Origin: Candidatus Marinacidobacterium sp.
GTDB lineage: Bacteria; Acidobacteriota; Vicinamibacteria; Marinacidobacterales; Marinacidobacteraceae
Length of the DNA stretch: 64,000 nucleotides
Direction of reading: 5' to 3'
NCBI GenBank assembly: GCA_965220965.1
Contig: OZ244852.1
Location: 1,440,001-1,504,000, forward strand
Below the pieces are notes generated by a model. The model saw only the letters and a program-made list of their open reading frames with translations, was not told the origin of the DNA and did not search any database. Positions 45,491 to 57,561 of this stretch are shown one piece after another. Numbering within the stretch: position 1 is the stretch's first letter; each line of letters opens with the position of its first letter. The translations under genes and the position numbers were made by a program.

Positions 45491-48400
45491 GTGGCGGCAT
45501 CGTTCCTTCTGAGTCCCCGGGCGTCCTCGCGGATCGCCGCGGCCCGGGACTTCCTGCTGGAGCTTCCGGAGGGGCGGCCGTTCCTCGTGGTGGGCCACCG
45601 GCGCCACCCCGCCGACCGGCTCTGCCACCAGGTGGCCGAGAGCCGCGGCGCGCTCTTCGGCGCCCACCGCGCCGGGTTCTTCGTCCTCGCCGAAGCGCTG
45701 GCGGCGCCCGGGCTCGCCGCCGCCGGGAAGAAGCCGCTGACGCCGGCCTCCCGCCGGGCGCTGGTGGCCCGCGTGGTCCACCGGGCGCGAGGGGACGAGT
45801 CGCTCGGCCGGTTCGCCGCGGTCGCCGCCGGGCCGGGGCTCGCGGCGCGGCTCGCATCCACCTTCGAGGAGCTGCGGCTCGCCGGGGTCGCGCCGGAGGC
45901 GCTCGGGGAGGCGGACCCGGATGTCGGCGGCCTCTACGCCAGTTACGTCGCCGGCCTCGACGAAGCCCGGCTCGCCGACCGCGCCGAGGCGTTTCGGGCG
46001 GCGCGCCGCCGCATCGAACCGGACGGCGGGAACGACGGCGAGGCGGCCGCGGGTCCTCCCCTCGGGCTCCCCACCGTCTTCCTTGACGTTCCCCTGCCGG
46101 ACGAGGCCTCGCGCCGCTTCGCCGGGGCGTTCGCCCGGCAGGCGCCCGCGTTCCTCTGGACCCTCCCGCTGGGCGACGAGCCGACGGCGGCCGCGCTTCG
46201 GGGCCTGGGGGCGGTTCCGGCGCGGGGGAGCGGGGCGGGCCTTCCCTCCCGCGACGAGACCGCGCTCGAGGCGGCGCAGCGCCGGCTCTTCGTCGCCGGA
46301 GGCCGCCAGCGGGGCCGCCGCAGCAAGGGGGGGCTCACGGTCGTCGAGGCGCCCGGACAGGCCGCCGAGGCGATGGAGGCGTCGCGTCTGCTCCTCGCGG
46401 AGGCGAAGACCGGGACGCGCTTCGACCGGATGGCGGTCCTGCTGCCGGAGCCGGAGTCGCAGGCCACCCGCTTCCACGAGGCGTTCCGGCGCGCCGGCAT
46501 CCCGGCGTTCCTCGAGGCCGGCGCCCGCTTGCCCCACCCCGCCGGGCGGGCGTTTCTGGCGCTGCTCGACTGCGCGCTCGACGATGTCTCGGCGAGCCGG
46601 TTCGCCGAGTACCTGTCGCTCGGGCAGACCCCCCGCCCGAAGCGCGCCGAACCGGAGGGCGGGGACGCGCCGGCCGAGCCGTCTGAGCCCTATGTCGCCC
46701 CCCGGCGCTGGGAAGCGCTGCTGCTCGACTCGCAGGTCATCGGCGGCCTCGACCGCTGGGAGCGGCGGCTCGGCCTCTTCGAGGAAGAGCTGACCGCGAA
46801 ACGGAACGCCAGCATCGACCCCGACGAGAAGGCGCGGCTGGAGCGTCGCCGCGCGGACATGGAACGCCTCGCGGAGACCGCGCTCCCGATCGTGCGGCGG
46901 CTCGACGCGCTGCGCGAGCCGAGGTCGTGGGAGGCCTGGGCGAAGGACCTCCGCGAGCTGGCGGAGATGGCGCTGCTCCAACCCGACGGCGTGCTCGCCG
47001 CGCTCGAGGAGACGGCGCCCATGGCCGAGGTGGACGGCGTCGAGCTCGCCGAGGTCCGCGAGGGCCTCGCCCGGCGGCTGGCCGAGGTGGTGCGCCGCTC
47101 CTCCGGGTCGCGCTACGGGCGCGTCTGGGTCGGCCCGGTGGAATCGGCCCGCGGCCTCACGTTCGAGGTCGTCGTGGTTCCGGGGCTCTCGGAGCGCGTC
47201 TTCCCCCGGACGATCCGTGAGGACCCGATGCTGCTCGACCGGCTCCGCGGGCGGCTGGGGCCGACGCTCGCGGTGCAGAACGACCGGTCGGCGCAGGAAC
47301 GGCTGCGCCTGAGGATCGCGGTCGGCGCGGCGTCGCGCCGGCTGATCCTGACCTACTCCTCGCTCGATCTGGTCGAAGGACGCCCACAGACCCCGTCCTA
47401 CTACCTGGCGGAGGCGTTCGGCGCGGCGTTCGGCGAGGTCCCGACGCTCCAGGCGATCCGCGCCGCCTCCGGCAAGGCGAGCGAGGTGATCCCGGGGGTG
47501 CGGGTCCCGAAGGCGAGCGAAGCCTCGGTCGACGCGCGGGAATACGGCCTGTCGCGGATCGTGGCCGCTCTCGGGAGCGACCGCCGGAAGCCCCGGAAGG
47601 GCGCGGCCGCTTTCCTGCTGCGCGAGCCCATCCTCGACCGCGCGCTCCGCCACGAGTACCTGCGGGCGGGGAACAAGTGGCAGTCCGCCGACGGGTTCCT
47701 TCGTCCGAACGACGAGACCCTCGCGGCGCTGGAAGAGCGCCGGCCGGGCGTCCACGCCTACTCGCCGACCGGGCTCGAGACCTTCGCCGTCTGTCCGTAC
47801 CAGTTCTTCCTCAAGAACCTGGTCCGGCTGCGCCCCATCGAACGGCCCGAGGCCGCTCCCCAGCTCGATCCGCTGAACCGGGGCTCCTTCGTCCACGAGG
47901 TCCTCTTCCACCTCGGCCAGGACCTGCGGTCGCTCGCCCCGCTCCGGGACGAGGATCGGGTGGCGGCGGCGCTCGAGCGTCTCGAGGCGCGCTTCAAGGA
48001 GGCCGAGGCGCGGTTCCGGGAGCGAACCGCTCCGCCGATCCGCCGGATCTGGGACGACGAAATGGCCGGGCTGCTCGGCGACCTGCGGGAGTTCCTGCGC
48101 CGGTTCGCCAGGGAAGGGATCGTCCCGCTGGCGAACGAGATCAGCTTCGGGCTCGGCTCGCGGCGCGGGCTCGCGGACCCGGACAGCGTCGCCGAGCCGG
48201 TGACGCTGCCGGGGAAACTGCGGCTTCACGGGTCGATCGACGCGGTGGAAGAGCTTCCCGACGGCCGCCTGCGGGTCACCGACTTCAAGACCGGGAAGGC
48301 CCGCTACGAGGCCAACGCCGACGAGCGGATCCTGTTCGGGGGGCGCGCGCTCCAGCCGGTGCTCTACGCGCTGGCCTACGAGGAGATGTCGGGGCGAAGC

Positions 48401-48694
48401 GTCGCCTCCGGGCGGCTCTACTACTCCACGATGCGGGGCATGTTCCGGGACGTGGAGGTGGACACCGGCGCCGAGGAGACGCGGAACGTCTTCGCCGCCT
48501 TCGTGGAGTCGCTCGACGACGCCGTGCGCCGCGGCCGGTTCCCGGCCGCCCCGCACCAATCGGTCGGCTACCAGGTGTGCCGCTACTGCGACTACCTCCC
48601 GGTCTGCGGGCCGCGCCCGGCGGCGCATCACCGGACGAAGCCGCCGGGGGCGGAAGCGCTCTCCTCCCTGAACCGGGTGAGGGCGCTCCCGTGA
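45491..48694 (+). CDS. addB: AddB-like inactive helicase / PD-(D/E)XK nuclease subunit
   Basis: RGLTFEVV..PGL.E..FP, YSPT.LE.F..CPY, GSIDAVE, DFKTG, LQP.LY, CRYCDY..VC Fe-S cysteines; start approximate. Confidence 0.85.
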   Translation: MAASFLLSPRASSRIAAARDFLLELPEGRPFLVVGHRRHPADRLCHQVAESRGALFGAHRAGFFVLAEALAAPGLAAAGKKPLTPASRRALVARVVHRARGDESLGRFAAVAAGPGLAARLASTFEELRLAGVAPEALGEADPDVGGLYASYVAGLDEARLADRAEAFRAARRRIEPDGGNDGEAAAGPPLGLPTVFLDVPLPDEASRRFAGAFARQAPAFLWTLPLGDEPTAAALRGLGAVPARGSGAGLPSRDETALEAAQRRLFVAGGRQRGRRSKGGLTVVEAPGQAAEAMEASRLLLAEAKTGTRFDRMAVLLPEPESQATRFHEAFRRAGIPAFLEAGARLPHPAGRAFLALLDCALDDVSASRFAEYLSLGQTPRPKRAEPEGGDAPAEPSEPYVAPRRWEALLLDSQVIGGLDRWERRLGLFEEELTAKRNASIDPDEKARLERRRADMERLAETALPIVRRLDALREPRSWEAWAKDLRELAEMALLQPDGVLAALEETAPMAEVDGVELAEVREGLARRLAEVVRRSSGSRYGRVWVGPVESARGLTFEVVVVPGLSERVFPRTIREDPMLLDRLRGRLGPTLAVQNDRSAQERLRLRIAVGAASRRLILTYSSLDLVEGRPQTPSYYLAEAFGAAFGEVPTLQAIRAASGKASEVIPGVRVPKASEASVDAREYGLSRIVAALGSDRRKPRKGAAAFLLREPILDRALRHEYLRAGNKWQSADGFLRPNDETLAALEERRPGVHAYSPTGLETFAVCPYQFFLKNLVRLRPIERPEAAPQLDPLNRGSFVHEVLFHLGQDLRSLAPLRDEDRVAAALERLEARFKEAEARFRERTAPPIRRIWDDEMAGLLGDLREFLRRFAREGIVPLANEISFGLGSRRGLADPDSVAEPVTLPGKLRLHGSIDAVEELPDGRLRVTDFKTGKARYEANADERILFGGRALQPVLYALAYEEMSGRSVASGRLYYSTMRGMFRDVEVDTGAEETRNVFAAFVESLDDAVRRGRFPAAPHQSVGYQVCRYCDYLPVCGPRPAAHHRTKPPGAEALSSLNRVRALP

Positions 48695-51600
48695 CGCCGC
48701 TGCCCGACGCCGCCGCCCGGGAGCGGATCCGCGTTGACCACCGGACGACGCTGATCGTTGAAGCCGCCGCCGGCACCGGAAAGACGACCTCGGTGGTGAG
48801 CCGGGTGACCGAGATGATCGCGCGGGGCGTGGCGCGCATCGGCGAGATCGCGGCGATCACCTTCACCGAGAAGGCCGGGGGCGAACTCCGCCTCCGCATC
48901 CGCCAGGAACTGGAGGCGCGCCTCAGCGGGGACGAGGGCGGCAGGGCCCCCGACGGCGCGGTCCGCGAGCGGATCGAGGCGGCGATCGCCTCGCTGGAGG
49001 AGGCCCCGATCGGCACGATCCACGCTTTCTGCTCCACCCTCCTGCGGGAGCGGCCGGTGGAGGCCGGAGTGGACCCCGACTTCCAGGTCCTCACCGAACG
49101 CGAGGGGGATCCCTTCTACGAGACGGTGTTCCAGCGGTTCCTCGAGAGCCAGCTCGAGAAGCCGCCGCCCGGCATCCGCCGCCTCCTCCGGCGGCGGGCG
49201 CGGCGGCCGAAGGGCGACAGTCCGGTGGACATCCTGAGAGAAGCCGGCCGCCGACTCCTCGAAGCGCGCGACTTCAAGGCCCCCTGGACGACGAAGACAT
49301 GGGATCCGGCCGCGGTCAGCCGGGACCTCATCGAACGGTCGCACAAGGACGACGACGGGGAGGAGATCCCCTCGCTCCGACGCCTGGCGGACATCCACCG
49401 CGCGGTCCCGCCGGAGCCGGCGGCCAGCCGGACGCGCAGCTCGAAGCCGAACTGGCTCCTCCACACCCTGATCGAGGCGGCGACCCTCGATCAGGAGATC
49501 CGCCTTCGGGAAGCGGCCGTTGCGCGCGACGACGAGTGGGTCGAGCAGGCGCTCGCCACCCTGCGCGTCGGACACTACGGGGGGACGCCCCCGCCGGGGG
49601 CGCCGCGCGACCTGAAGAAACTGCGGGACCGCTTCCGCGCGCGCCTCGCCGCGTTCAGCCGGTGGTCCCACGCGGAACTCGCCGCGATGCTGCGCGAGGA
49701 CCTCCGCCCGCTCGTCGAGCAGCACGAGGCGGCGAAGGCCCGGGCAGGCGTCCTGGACTTCGACGACCTCCTGCTGAAGACCCGCGACCTGCTCCGGGAC
49801 CACGACCAGGTGCGGGCGGACCTCCAGTCGCGGTTCCGGCACATCGTGGTCGACGAGTACCAGGACACCGATCCCATCCAGACCGAGATCGTCCTGCTGC
49901 TGACCTCGGCGGAGCCCGCCGGGCGCGACTGGACGAGGGCGGTCCCCCGCCCCGGCCGGCTGTGCCTGGTGGGCGACCCCAAGCAGTCCATCTACCGCTT
50001 CCGCCGCGCCGACATCAGCCACTACCTCGCCGTCAAGCAACGGCTGCTGGAAGCGGGCGCCGAGGAACTGCGGCTGACCTCGAACTTCCGGTCGGTTCCG
50101 GGGATCTGCCAGTTCGTGAACAGCGCGATGGAACCGGTGTTCCGGGAGGCGCCCGAAGTCCAGCCGCTCGCCCGGCAGGTGGACTACCTGCCGCTCCACG
50201 CCACCCGCGAGGCGCTGCCGGGCGGGGCCTCGGTCCGGTCCATCCCGATGCCCACGATGACGGTCCGCGAAATCGAGGAGAAGGAGCCGGACCACGTCGC
50301 GGAGTTCGTCGACAAACTCCTCGCGAGCGGGTTCCGGATCCCGGACCGGGAGAAGGAGGGGGCGCTGCGGCCGGTGCGCCCGGAGGACATCTGCCTGCTG
50401 TTCCGGCGCTTCCGGAACCGGTGGAAGCTCGTCCCGGAGCCCTTCGCCGACGCGCTCCACGACCGCGGCATCCCGCACTCGCTGAACGCGGTGCGGACGT
50501 ATATCGGGAGCGCCGAGCTCACCTTCCTGCGCGCCGCCCTCACCGCGGTCGAGTTCCCGCAGGACGAGCTCAGCGTCTACGCGACGCTCCGCGGCCCGCT
50601 CTTCTCGTTCGCCGACCAGGACCTGTTCCGCTTCGTGCGGACGCACGGACGGCTGCGGCCGGACCGGGCCGGGGCGCTCGAGCTCGACGGCGACGCGCCG
50701 GCGCCCGACCGGCAGATCCGCGAGGCGCTCGGGTTCCTCTTCCGTCTCCACCGGCGACGGAACCACCGACCGCTGGCGGTGACCCTCGAAGAACTGCTCG
50801 GAGCGCACCGCGCCGAGATCGGGTTCGCGTTCTGGAGGTCCCCCGACCAGGTGCTCACGAACCTGCGCCGGCTGGTGGAGGAGGCCCGGACGTTCGAGGC
50901 GGGGCGCGGGCCCTTCGGGCGCGGGCTCTCACTCCGGGGGTTCGTGGAGCGGCTCGCCACCCAGGCCGAGAGCGACGACGCCTCGGCCGGCCAGACGATG
51001 GACGAGGACGTGAGCGGCGTGCGGCTCATGACGATCCACTCGGCCAAGGGGCTCGAGTTCCCGGTGGTCGTGCTCTGCGACGCCGCCGCCGGCCGCACCG
51101 GTCAGGCGGGGCGGACGGTCTCGCGCGAGCGCGACCTCCACGCCTGCGACCTCGGCGCCGGGCTGCGTCCCTGGGACCTGATCGAGGCCGAGCCGGCCGA
51201 GAAAGCGGAGGAGATCGCCGAGCTGGACCGCCTGCTCTACGTGGGGATGACCCGGGCGCGCGATCTCCTCGCCTGCCCGGTCGTCGAGGTGCGGTACGAC
51301 CGCAAGCCGCGCTTCCTCCAGGCGCCCATGGGCGAGCTGGAGCGGCGCGCCGCCGCGGAGAAGGCCGCGGCGCAGCGGAGCGACGACGAGGCGTCGCCAG
51401 ACCGGCCCTCGAGCGGCGTCATCGGGTGGCGGCGCCGCGGCGCGGTCCGCTGGAACATCCTGGCCGAGAAGGGGAACGAGGCCGCCGCCGAACTGGGGAA
51501 GGTGGCGGAGGCGGAGTTCCTCGAGGCTCGCGAAAATGCGCTTCGGGAGGGCGGGGTTCCCGAACGCCGGATCGCGCCGGCGAAGCGGCTCGCGACCGAG

Positions 51601-52332
51601 GGCGCGGTCCCCGACCTGGACCCGGTCGCCGCCGAGGTCGCCATCGAGACGACCGAGCGCGAGCCCGGCCGTCCCGGAGGGGCGGGGTTCGGGCGGCTCG
51701 TCCACCGGATCCTCGAGGCGGCCCGGTTCGACGAAGACGCCGAGGCGCTGGAGGCGGCCGCCGCGCTCGCGGTCCGCGAGCTGGAGCTGGCGGAGGACAT
51801 GGCCCCTCACGGAGCGCGCGCCGCGCTGGCCGCGCTCGGACATCCGATCCTCCAGGCCGCCGGCCGCGCCGAGGCGGAGGGCCGCGCCCACCGCGAACTG
51901 CCGCTGGTCCACCGCGAGGACCGCGCCGTCCCGCCAGCGGGGCCGGGCGAACCCGGGCCGGAGGGTGACGAGTCCGCCTTCGACTCGGCGCTCGATCCCC
52001 ACGACGAGCCGGCGCTCCCGCTGGAGCGCGGCGACGCCGAACTGCCCGAGACCACGCCGGGTCCGGAGCCATCCCCCGGGCCGCCCGCGGAGCCCCCCCT
52101 CGAATCCCCCCCCCTCGAACCGGTTGTCGTCGAGGGAGTCGCCGACCTCGTCTTCCAGGAGGATCCGGACGGCCCCTGGACCGTCGTGGACTTCAAGACG
52201 GACGCCTTCGACCACGAGGACCCCGAAGCGGCCCCGACGCTCGCCGCCTACCGGCGGCAGGCGGCGCTCTACGCCCGCGCGCTCGCGAAGTCGACCGGGC
52301 GGGAGGCGAACGCGGTGCTGCTGTTCGTCTGA
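48691..52332 (+). CDS. addA: AddA-like UvrD helicase-nuclease subunit
   Basis: AAAGTGKT, TFTEKA, TIHAF, VDEYQD, GDPKQSIYRFR, TIHSAKGLEF, YVGMTRA, GVADL..DFKTD; GTG overlaps the addB stop. Confidence 0.9.
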   Translation: MTPLPDAAARERIRVDHRTTLIVEAAAGTGKTTSVVSRVTEMIARGVARIGEIAAITFTEKAGGELRLRIRQELEARLSGDEGGRAPDGAVRERIEAAIASLEEAPIGTIHAFCSTLLRERPVEAGVDPDFQVLTEREGDPFYETVFQRFLESQLEKPPPGIRRLLRRRARRPKGDSPVDILREAGRRLLEARDFKAPWTTKTWDPAAVSRDLIERSHKDDDGEEIPSLRRLADIHRAVPPEPAASRTRSSKPNWLLHTLIEAATLDQEIRLREAAVARDDEWVEQALATLRVGHYGGTPPPGAPRDLKKLRDRFRARLAAFSRWSHAELAAMLREDLRPLVEQHEAAKARAGVLDFDDLLLKTRDLLRDHDQVRADLQSRFRHIVVDEYQDTDPIQTEIVLLLTSAEPAGRDWTRAVPRPGRLCLVGDPKQSIYRFRRADISHYLAVKQRLLEAGAEELRLTSNFRSVPGICQFVNSAMEPVFREAPEVQPLARQVDYLPLHATREALPGGASVRSIPMPTMTVREIEEKEPDHVAEFVDKLLASGFRIPDREKEGALRPVRPEDICLLFRRFRNRWKLVPEPFADALHDRGIPHSLNAVRTYIGSAELTFLRAALTAVEFPQDELSVYATLRGPLFSFADQDLFRFVRTHGRLRPDRAGALELDGDAPAPDRQIREALGFLFRLHRRRNHRPLAVTLEELLGAHRAEIGFAFWRSPDQVLTNLRRLVEEARTFEAGRGPFGRGLSLRGFVERLATQAESDDASAGQTMDEDVSGVRLMTIHSAKGLEFPVVVLCDAAAGRTGQAGRTVSRERDLHACDLGAGLRPWDLIEAEPAEKAEEIAELDRLLYVGMTRARDLLACPVVEVRYDRKPRFLQAPMGELERRAAAEKAAAQRSDDEASPDRPSSGVIGWRRRGAVRWNILAEKGNEAAAELGKVAEAEFLEARENALREGGVPERRIAPAKRLATEGAVPDLDPVAAEVAIETTEREPGRPGGAGFGRLVHRILEAARFDEDAEALEAAAALAVRELELAEDMAPHGARAALAALGHPILQAAGRAEAEGRAHRELPLVHREDRAVPPAGPGEPGPEGDESAFDSALDPHDEPALPLERGDAELPETTPGPEPSPGPPAEPPLESPPLEPVVVEGVADLVFQEDPDGPWTVVDFKTDAFDHEDPEAAPTLAAYRRQAALYARALAKSTGREANAVLLFV

Positions 52333-52427
52333 ACGGCGACGCCGCCGGGCGCCGCCCGGCGCAGGCGCCCGGGGAGCGCCCGGATCACCCGCGCGGGCGA
52401 CCCGGGCTCATCCCCCCGGCCGAAGCG

Positions 52428-54632
<2,205 letters not shown>

Positions 54633-54875
54633 CGGGGCTTTCTCCGGGTGCTTTCTCTGGTTCGGTTGGCTCGACTGGACGCCGCAAGAGAACGGCGCCC
54701 GCGCCCGCCGATCCGCGGACCGATGCCGCCCATGGGGGCGCGGCGCCTGCGGAAACGGGCAGCCCCGCAGTCTACCAATGGGTCGGGCAACGAGGTGGCA
54801 ACGGACCGGATCCCGGAACCGCCGATCCGGGACCCCTCCCGGGACCCGAAAGGGTCCGGCCCGGGGGCGGAAGAC

Positions 54876-55286
54876 TCAGCTCCCGCAGTAACCCCAGCCG
54901 CCCCGGCCGTAGCGGGAGTCGTGCCGCTCCCAGGAACGCGAGCTCCAGCGCCCCGGGCCGTACTCGTAGCAGTCGTCGTAGTCGTCGTCCCGGTCCCAGC
55001 CCCGGAAGAGCGCCATGACGCCAGCGGTGACGACCGCGCTCAGCGCCGCCGAGACGAGGACGGTCTTCCACGAGATGCCCTGGTCCACCGGTTCGGCGTC
55101 CGGCTGAACCCCGGCTTCCGCAGCGAACACCTCGGCGGAGACCGAGGTTCCCGCCGCCGCCGCGCTGTCGAGCAGCCCCGCGGCGCCGGGCGGATTGGCC
55201 GCGAGGGCCGCCGATCCCGCGATCACGACGACGAGCGCCGCCACCAGCCAGGTCTTCGCATCCAGAAAGTTCGGCGAAACGTTCAT
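54876..55286 (-). CDS. Small hypothetical membrane/secreted protein
   Basis: Two hydrophobic segments and an Asp/Tyr/Trp/Arg/Gly-rich tail; coding-like third-position GC. Confidence 0.55.
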   Translation of the reverse strand: MNVSPNFLDAKTWLVAALVVVIAGSAALAANPPGAAGLLDSAAAAGTSVSAEVFAAEAGVQPDAEPVDQGISWKTVLVSAALSAVVTAGVMALFRGWDRDDDYDDCYEYGPGRWSSRSWERHDSRYGRGGWGYCGS

Positions 55287-55371
55287 CGAAAAGTTCTCCC
55301 GGGGCCGCAACCGTGGCGGCCGCATCGCCGTCCGGCTACGCAAGCGGTGTGCCGTGGCGGGCCGATGAAAC

Positions 55372-56163
55372 TCACCCCTGCGCGTCGCCAAACGGATCGA
55401 AACGTCCATCCGCCGCGGTCCAGCCGCCGTCCACGAAGAGGACGGATCCGGTGATGTAGCCCGCCGCCGGCGAGAGCAGGAACACCGCCGGCGCGGCGAT
55501 CTCCTCGGCGGTCGCCCAGCGCCCCACCAGCGTCTTGTCGGTGTAGGCCTGCTTCCAGGCGGGCCGCGATTCGATGGGTCGGGTCAGCGGCGTCTCGACC
55601 ACCCCCGGCGCGAGCGCGTTGACGCGCACTCCCGCGGCCGCCCACTCGGCCGCGGCGGTCCGGGCGAGCTGGACGATCCCCGCCTTGGTCGCGGCGTAGA
55701 CCCCCTGCCCCGGCTCGATGACCTGCGAGCGGATCGAGGACAGGAGCACGATGGAGCCGCCCCCGGATCTGGCGAGCGCGGGCGCGCCGTGGCGGAGCGC
55801 GAGGAACGCCCCCCGGAGGTTCACGCGGACGACGCGGTCGAACTCCTCCTCGCTCGTCGAGGCGATGGGCTTTCTGACGTTGATCCCGGGCGTCGCCACC
55901 AGCCCGCGAAGCTGGCGGCCCTCCTCCTCGAGCCCGGCGAAGAGCGCCGCGACCGCCTCGCCGTCCCCCAGATCGACCTCCCGCGCCGCCGCGCCGTACC
56001 CGACCTCGCGGGCGACGCGCTCCGCCGCCTCCCGGTCCCGGTCCGCCACCACCATCCGGGCCCCGCAGCGGGCGGCCAGCCGCGCGGTCGCCGCGCCGAT
56101 CCCGGAGGCCCCGCCGATGACGAGCAGATCCCGCCCGCCGAGCCCGAAAGGAGCATCCATCAC
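55372..56163 (-). CDS. Short-chain dehydrogenase/reductase
   Basis: GGASGIG, YAATK, VNALAPG, ITG..L.VDGG. Confidence 0.93.
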   Translation of the reverse strand: MMDAPFGLGGRDLLVIGGASGIGAATARLAARCGARMVVADRDREAAERVAREVGYGAAAREVDLGDGEAVAALFAGLEEEGRQLRGLVATPGINVRKPIASTSEEEFDRVVRVNLRGAFLALRHGAPALARSGGGSIVLLSSIRSQVIEPGQGVYAATKAGIVQLARTAAAEWAAAGVRVNALAPGVVETPLTRPIESRPAWKQAYTDKTLVGRWATAEEIAAPAVFLLSPAAGYITGSVLFVDGGWTAADGRFDPFGDAQG

Positions 56164-56193
56164 GGGAATGGTTCCACGCCTTGGCGGAGGCGC

Positions 56194-57561
56194 CTACTCC
56201 CCCCGCGACCCGAACCGCGCCGCGAGCGTCACGACGACCGCCGAGGCGCCGATCCCGAGGAGCGGCGGCGGAAGCGGCGCGGTCTCGGGGACGAGGAGGA
56301 ACACCGCGACCCCGGCCCCGGCGCCGGCCAGCACCGCCCCGCCCCCGACGCGGAACCGGTGGAGGCCGGCCACGATGGGCACGAACAGCGAGACGCCGAG
56401 CACCGTGTAGAACACGGTCAGCGACCCGATGACGCTCCGCGCCAGCACCGCGATCGCGACCCCGGCGAGGCCCCCGACCACCGCGGCCCAGCGCGCCGCT
56501 CGCAGCACCTCCCGGTCGTCGGCGCCGGGGCGGAGCACCCGCTGGTAGAGATCGCGCGAGAACGCGGTCGAGAGCATGAACAGCACGGCGTCCGCGCTCG
56601 ACACCTCGGCGGAGAAGAGCGCCGCCACCCCGAGACACCCGAGCCACAGCGGCAGGGTCTCGACCAGGATCGCGGGGAGCGCGGCGTCGGGGTTTGCGAG
56701 GCCGGGATGGATCACCGCGGCCGCGACCCCGAGGACCGGAGGAACGAACGCGAAGAGCAACAGCGCGCCACCGGCGGCGAGCAGCCCACGCCGGACGACC
56801 GCCTCGCTCCGCCCGCCGAAGAGCTTCTGGAGGATCCCGGGGGAGACGAGGAAGGCCGGGATCAGCAGCGCCAGGTAGCCGAACGCGAGGCCGGCGTTCG
56901 AGAGGACGTCGAGCGCCCCCTCGCCGAGCGCGCCGCGCATCGACGCCGCGCCTCCGGCTTCCCGCCAGGCGAACGGAACCGCGAGCCCCAGCCCGATGAC
57001 CAGCACGACGAGCTGGACGAGGTTCACCGCCGCCGCCGAAGCCAGCCCACCCGACGCGAAGTAGGCGGTCATCACGACCGCCGAGAGCAGCACCGCGAGC
57101 GGGAGCGCGACGCCCGCCGCCTGCTCGATGAGCACCCCGGCGGCGAGAAGCTGCGCCGCCAGCACGAAGAGCGTCGCGACCAGCAGCAGCGCGGTGAGCG
57201 CGATCCGGGTGGCGGCGCCGTAGCGGAGCTCGAGGAAGTCCCCGACCGTCCGCAACCGTTGCTCGCTCGCGACCCGCCACATCCGGGGACCCAGCCACAC
57301 CGCGAGCAGGAGCGTCCCGACCCCGGCGGCGCCCACCCACCACCACGCCGCCAGCCCGTGCTGGTAGCCGAGCGCCGCCGCGCCCACCGTGGAACCCGCG
57401 CCGATGTTCGCGGCGAGCACGGTGGCGAACACCAGCCGCGCCGGGAGCCGCCGCCCGGCGACGAAGAACCCCTCGGCGGAGCGCGCCCGCCGCGAAGCCC
57501 ACCAGCCGACGCCGACGAGGACCGTCGACCAGGCCAGCAGGACGGCGAGGTGCGGGGTCAC
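56194..57561 (-). CDS. Sodium:solute symporter family protein
   Basis: FFVAGR, A.NIGAGSTVG, T.GDFLE.RYG, AA.FSAEVSS.D; many TM segments. Confidence 0.9.
   Translation of the reverse strand: MTPHLAVLLAWSTVLVGVGWWASRRARSAEGFFVAGRRLPARLVFATVLAANIGAGSTVGAAALGYQHGLAAWWWVGAAGVGTLLLAVWLGPRMWRVASEQRLRTVGDFLELRYGAATRIALTALLLVATLFVLAAQLLAAGVLIEQAAGVALPLAVLLSAVVMTAYFASGGLASAAAVNLVQLVVLVIGLGLAVPFAWREAGGAASMRGALGEGALDVLSNAGLAFGYLALLIPAFLVSPGILQKLFGGRSEAVVRRGLLAAGGALLLFAFVPPVLGVAAAVIHPGLANPDAALPAILVETLPLWLGCLGVAALFSAEVSSADAVLFMLSTAFSRDLYQRVLRPGADDREVLRAARWAAVVGGLAGVAIAVLARSVIGSLTVFYTVLGVSLFVPIVAGLHRFRVGGGAVLAGAGAGVAVFLLVPETAPLPPPLLGIGASAVVVTLAARFGSRGE

Noticed and set aside
45452-48631. Long antisense and alternate-frame ORFs (also 8132..9961, 52722..55454, 58442..60793, 49299..51968)
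   Set aside because: Stop-poor shadow frames of high-GC genes whose true frames carry clear family motifs.
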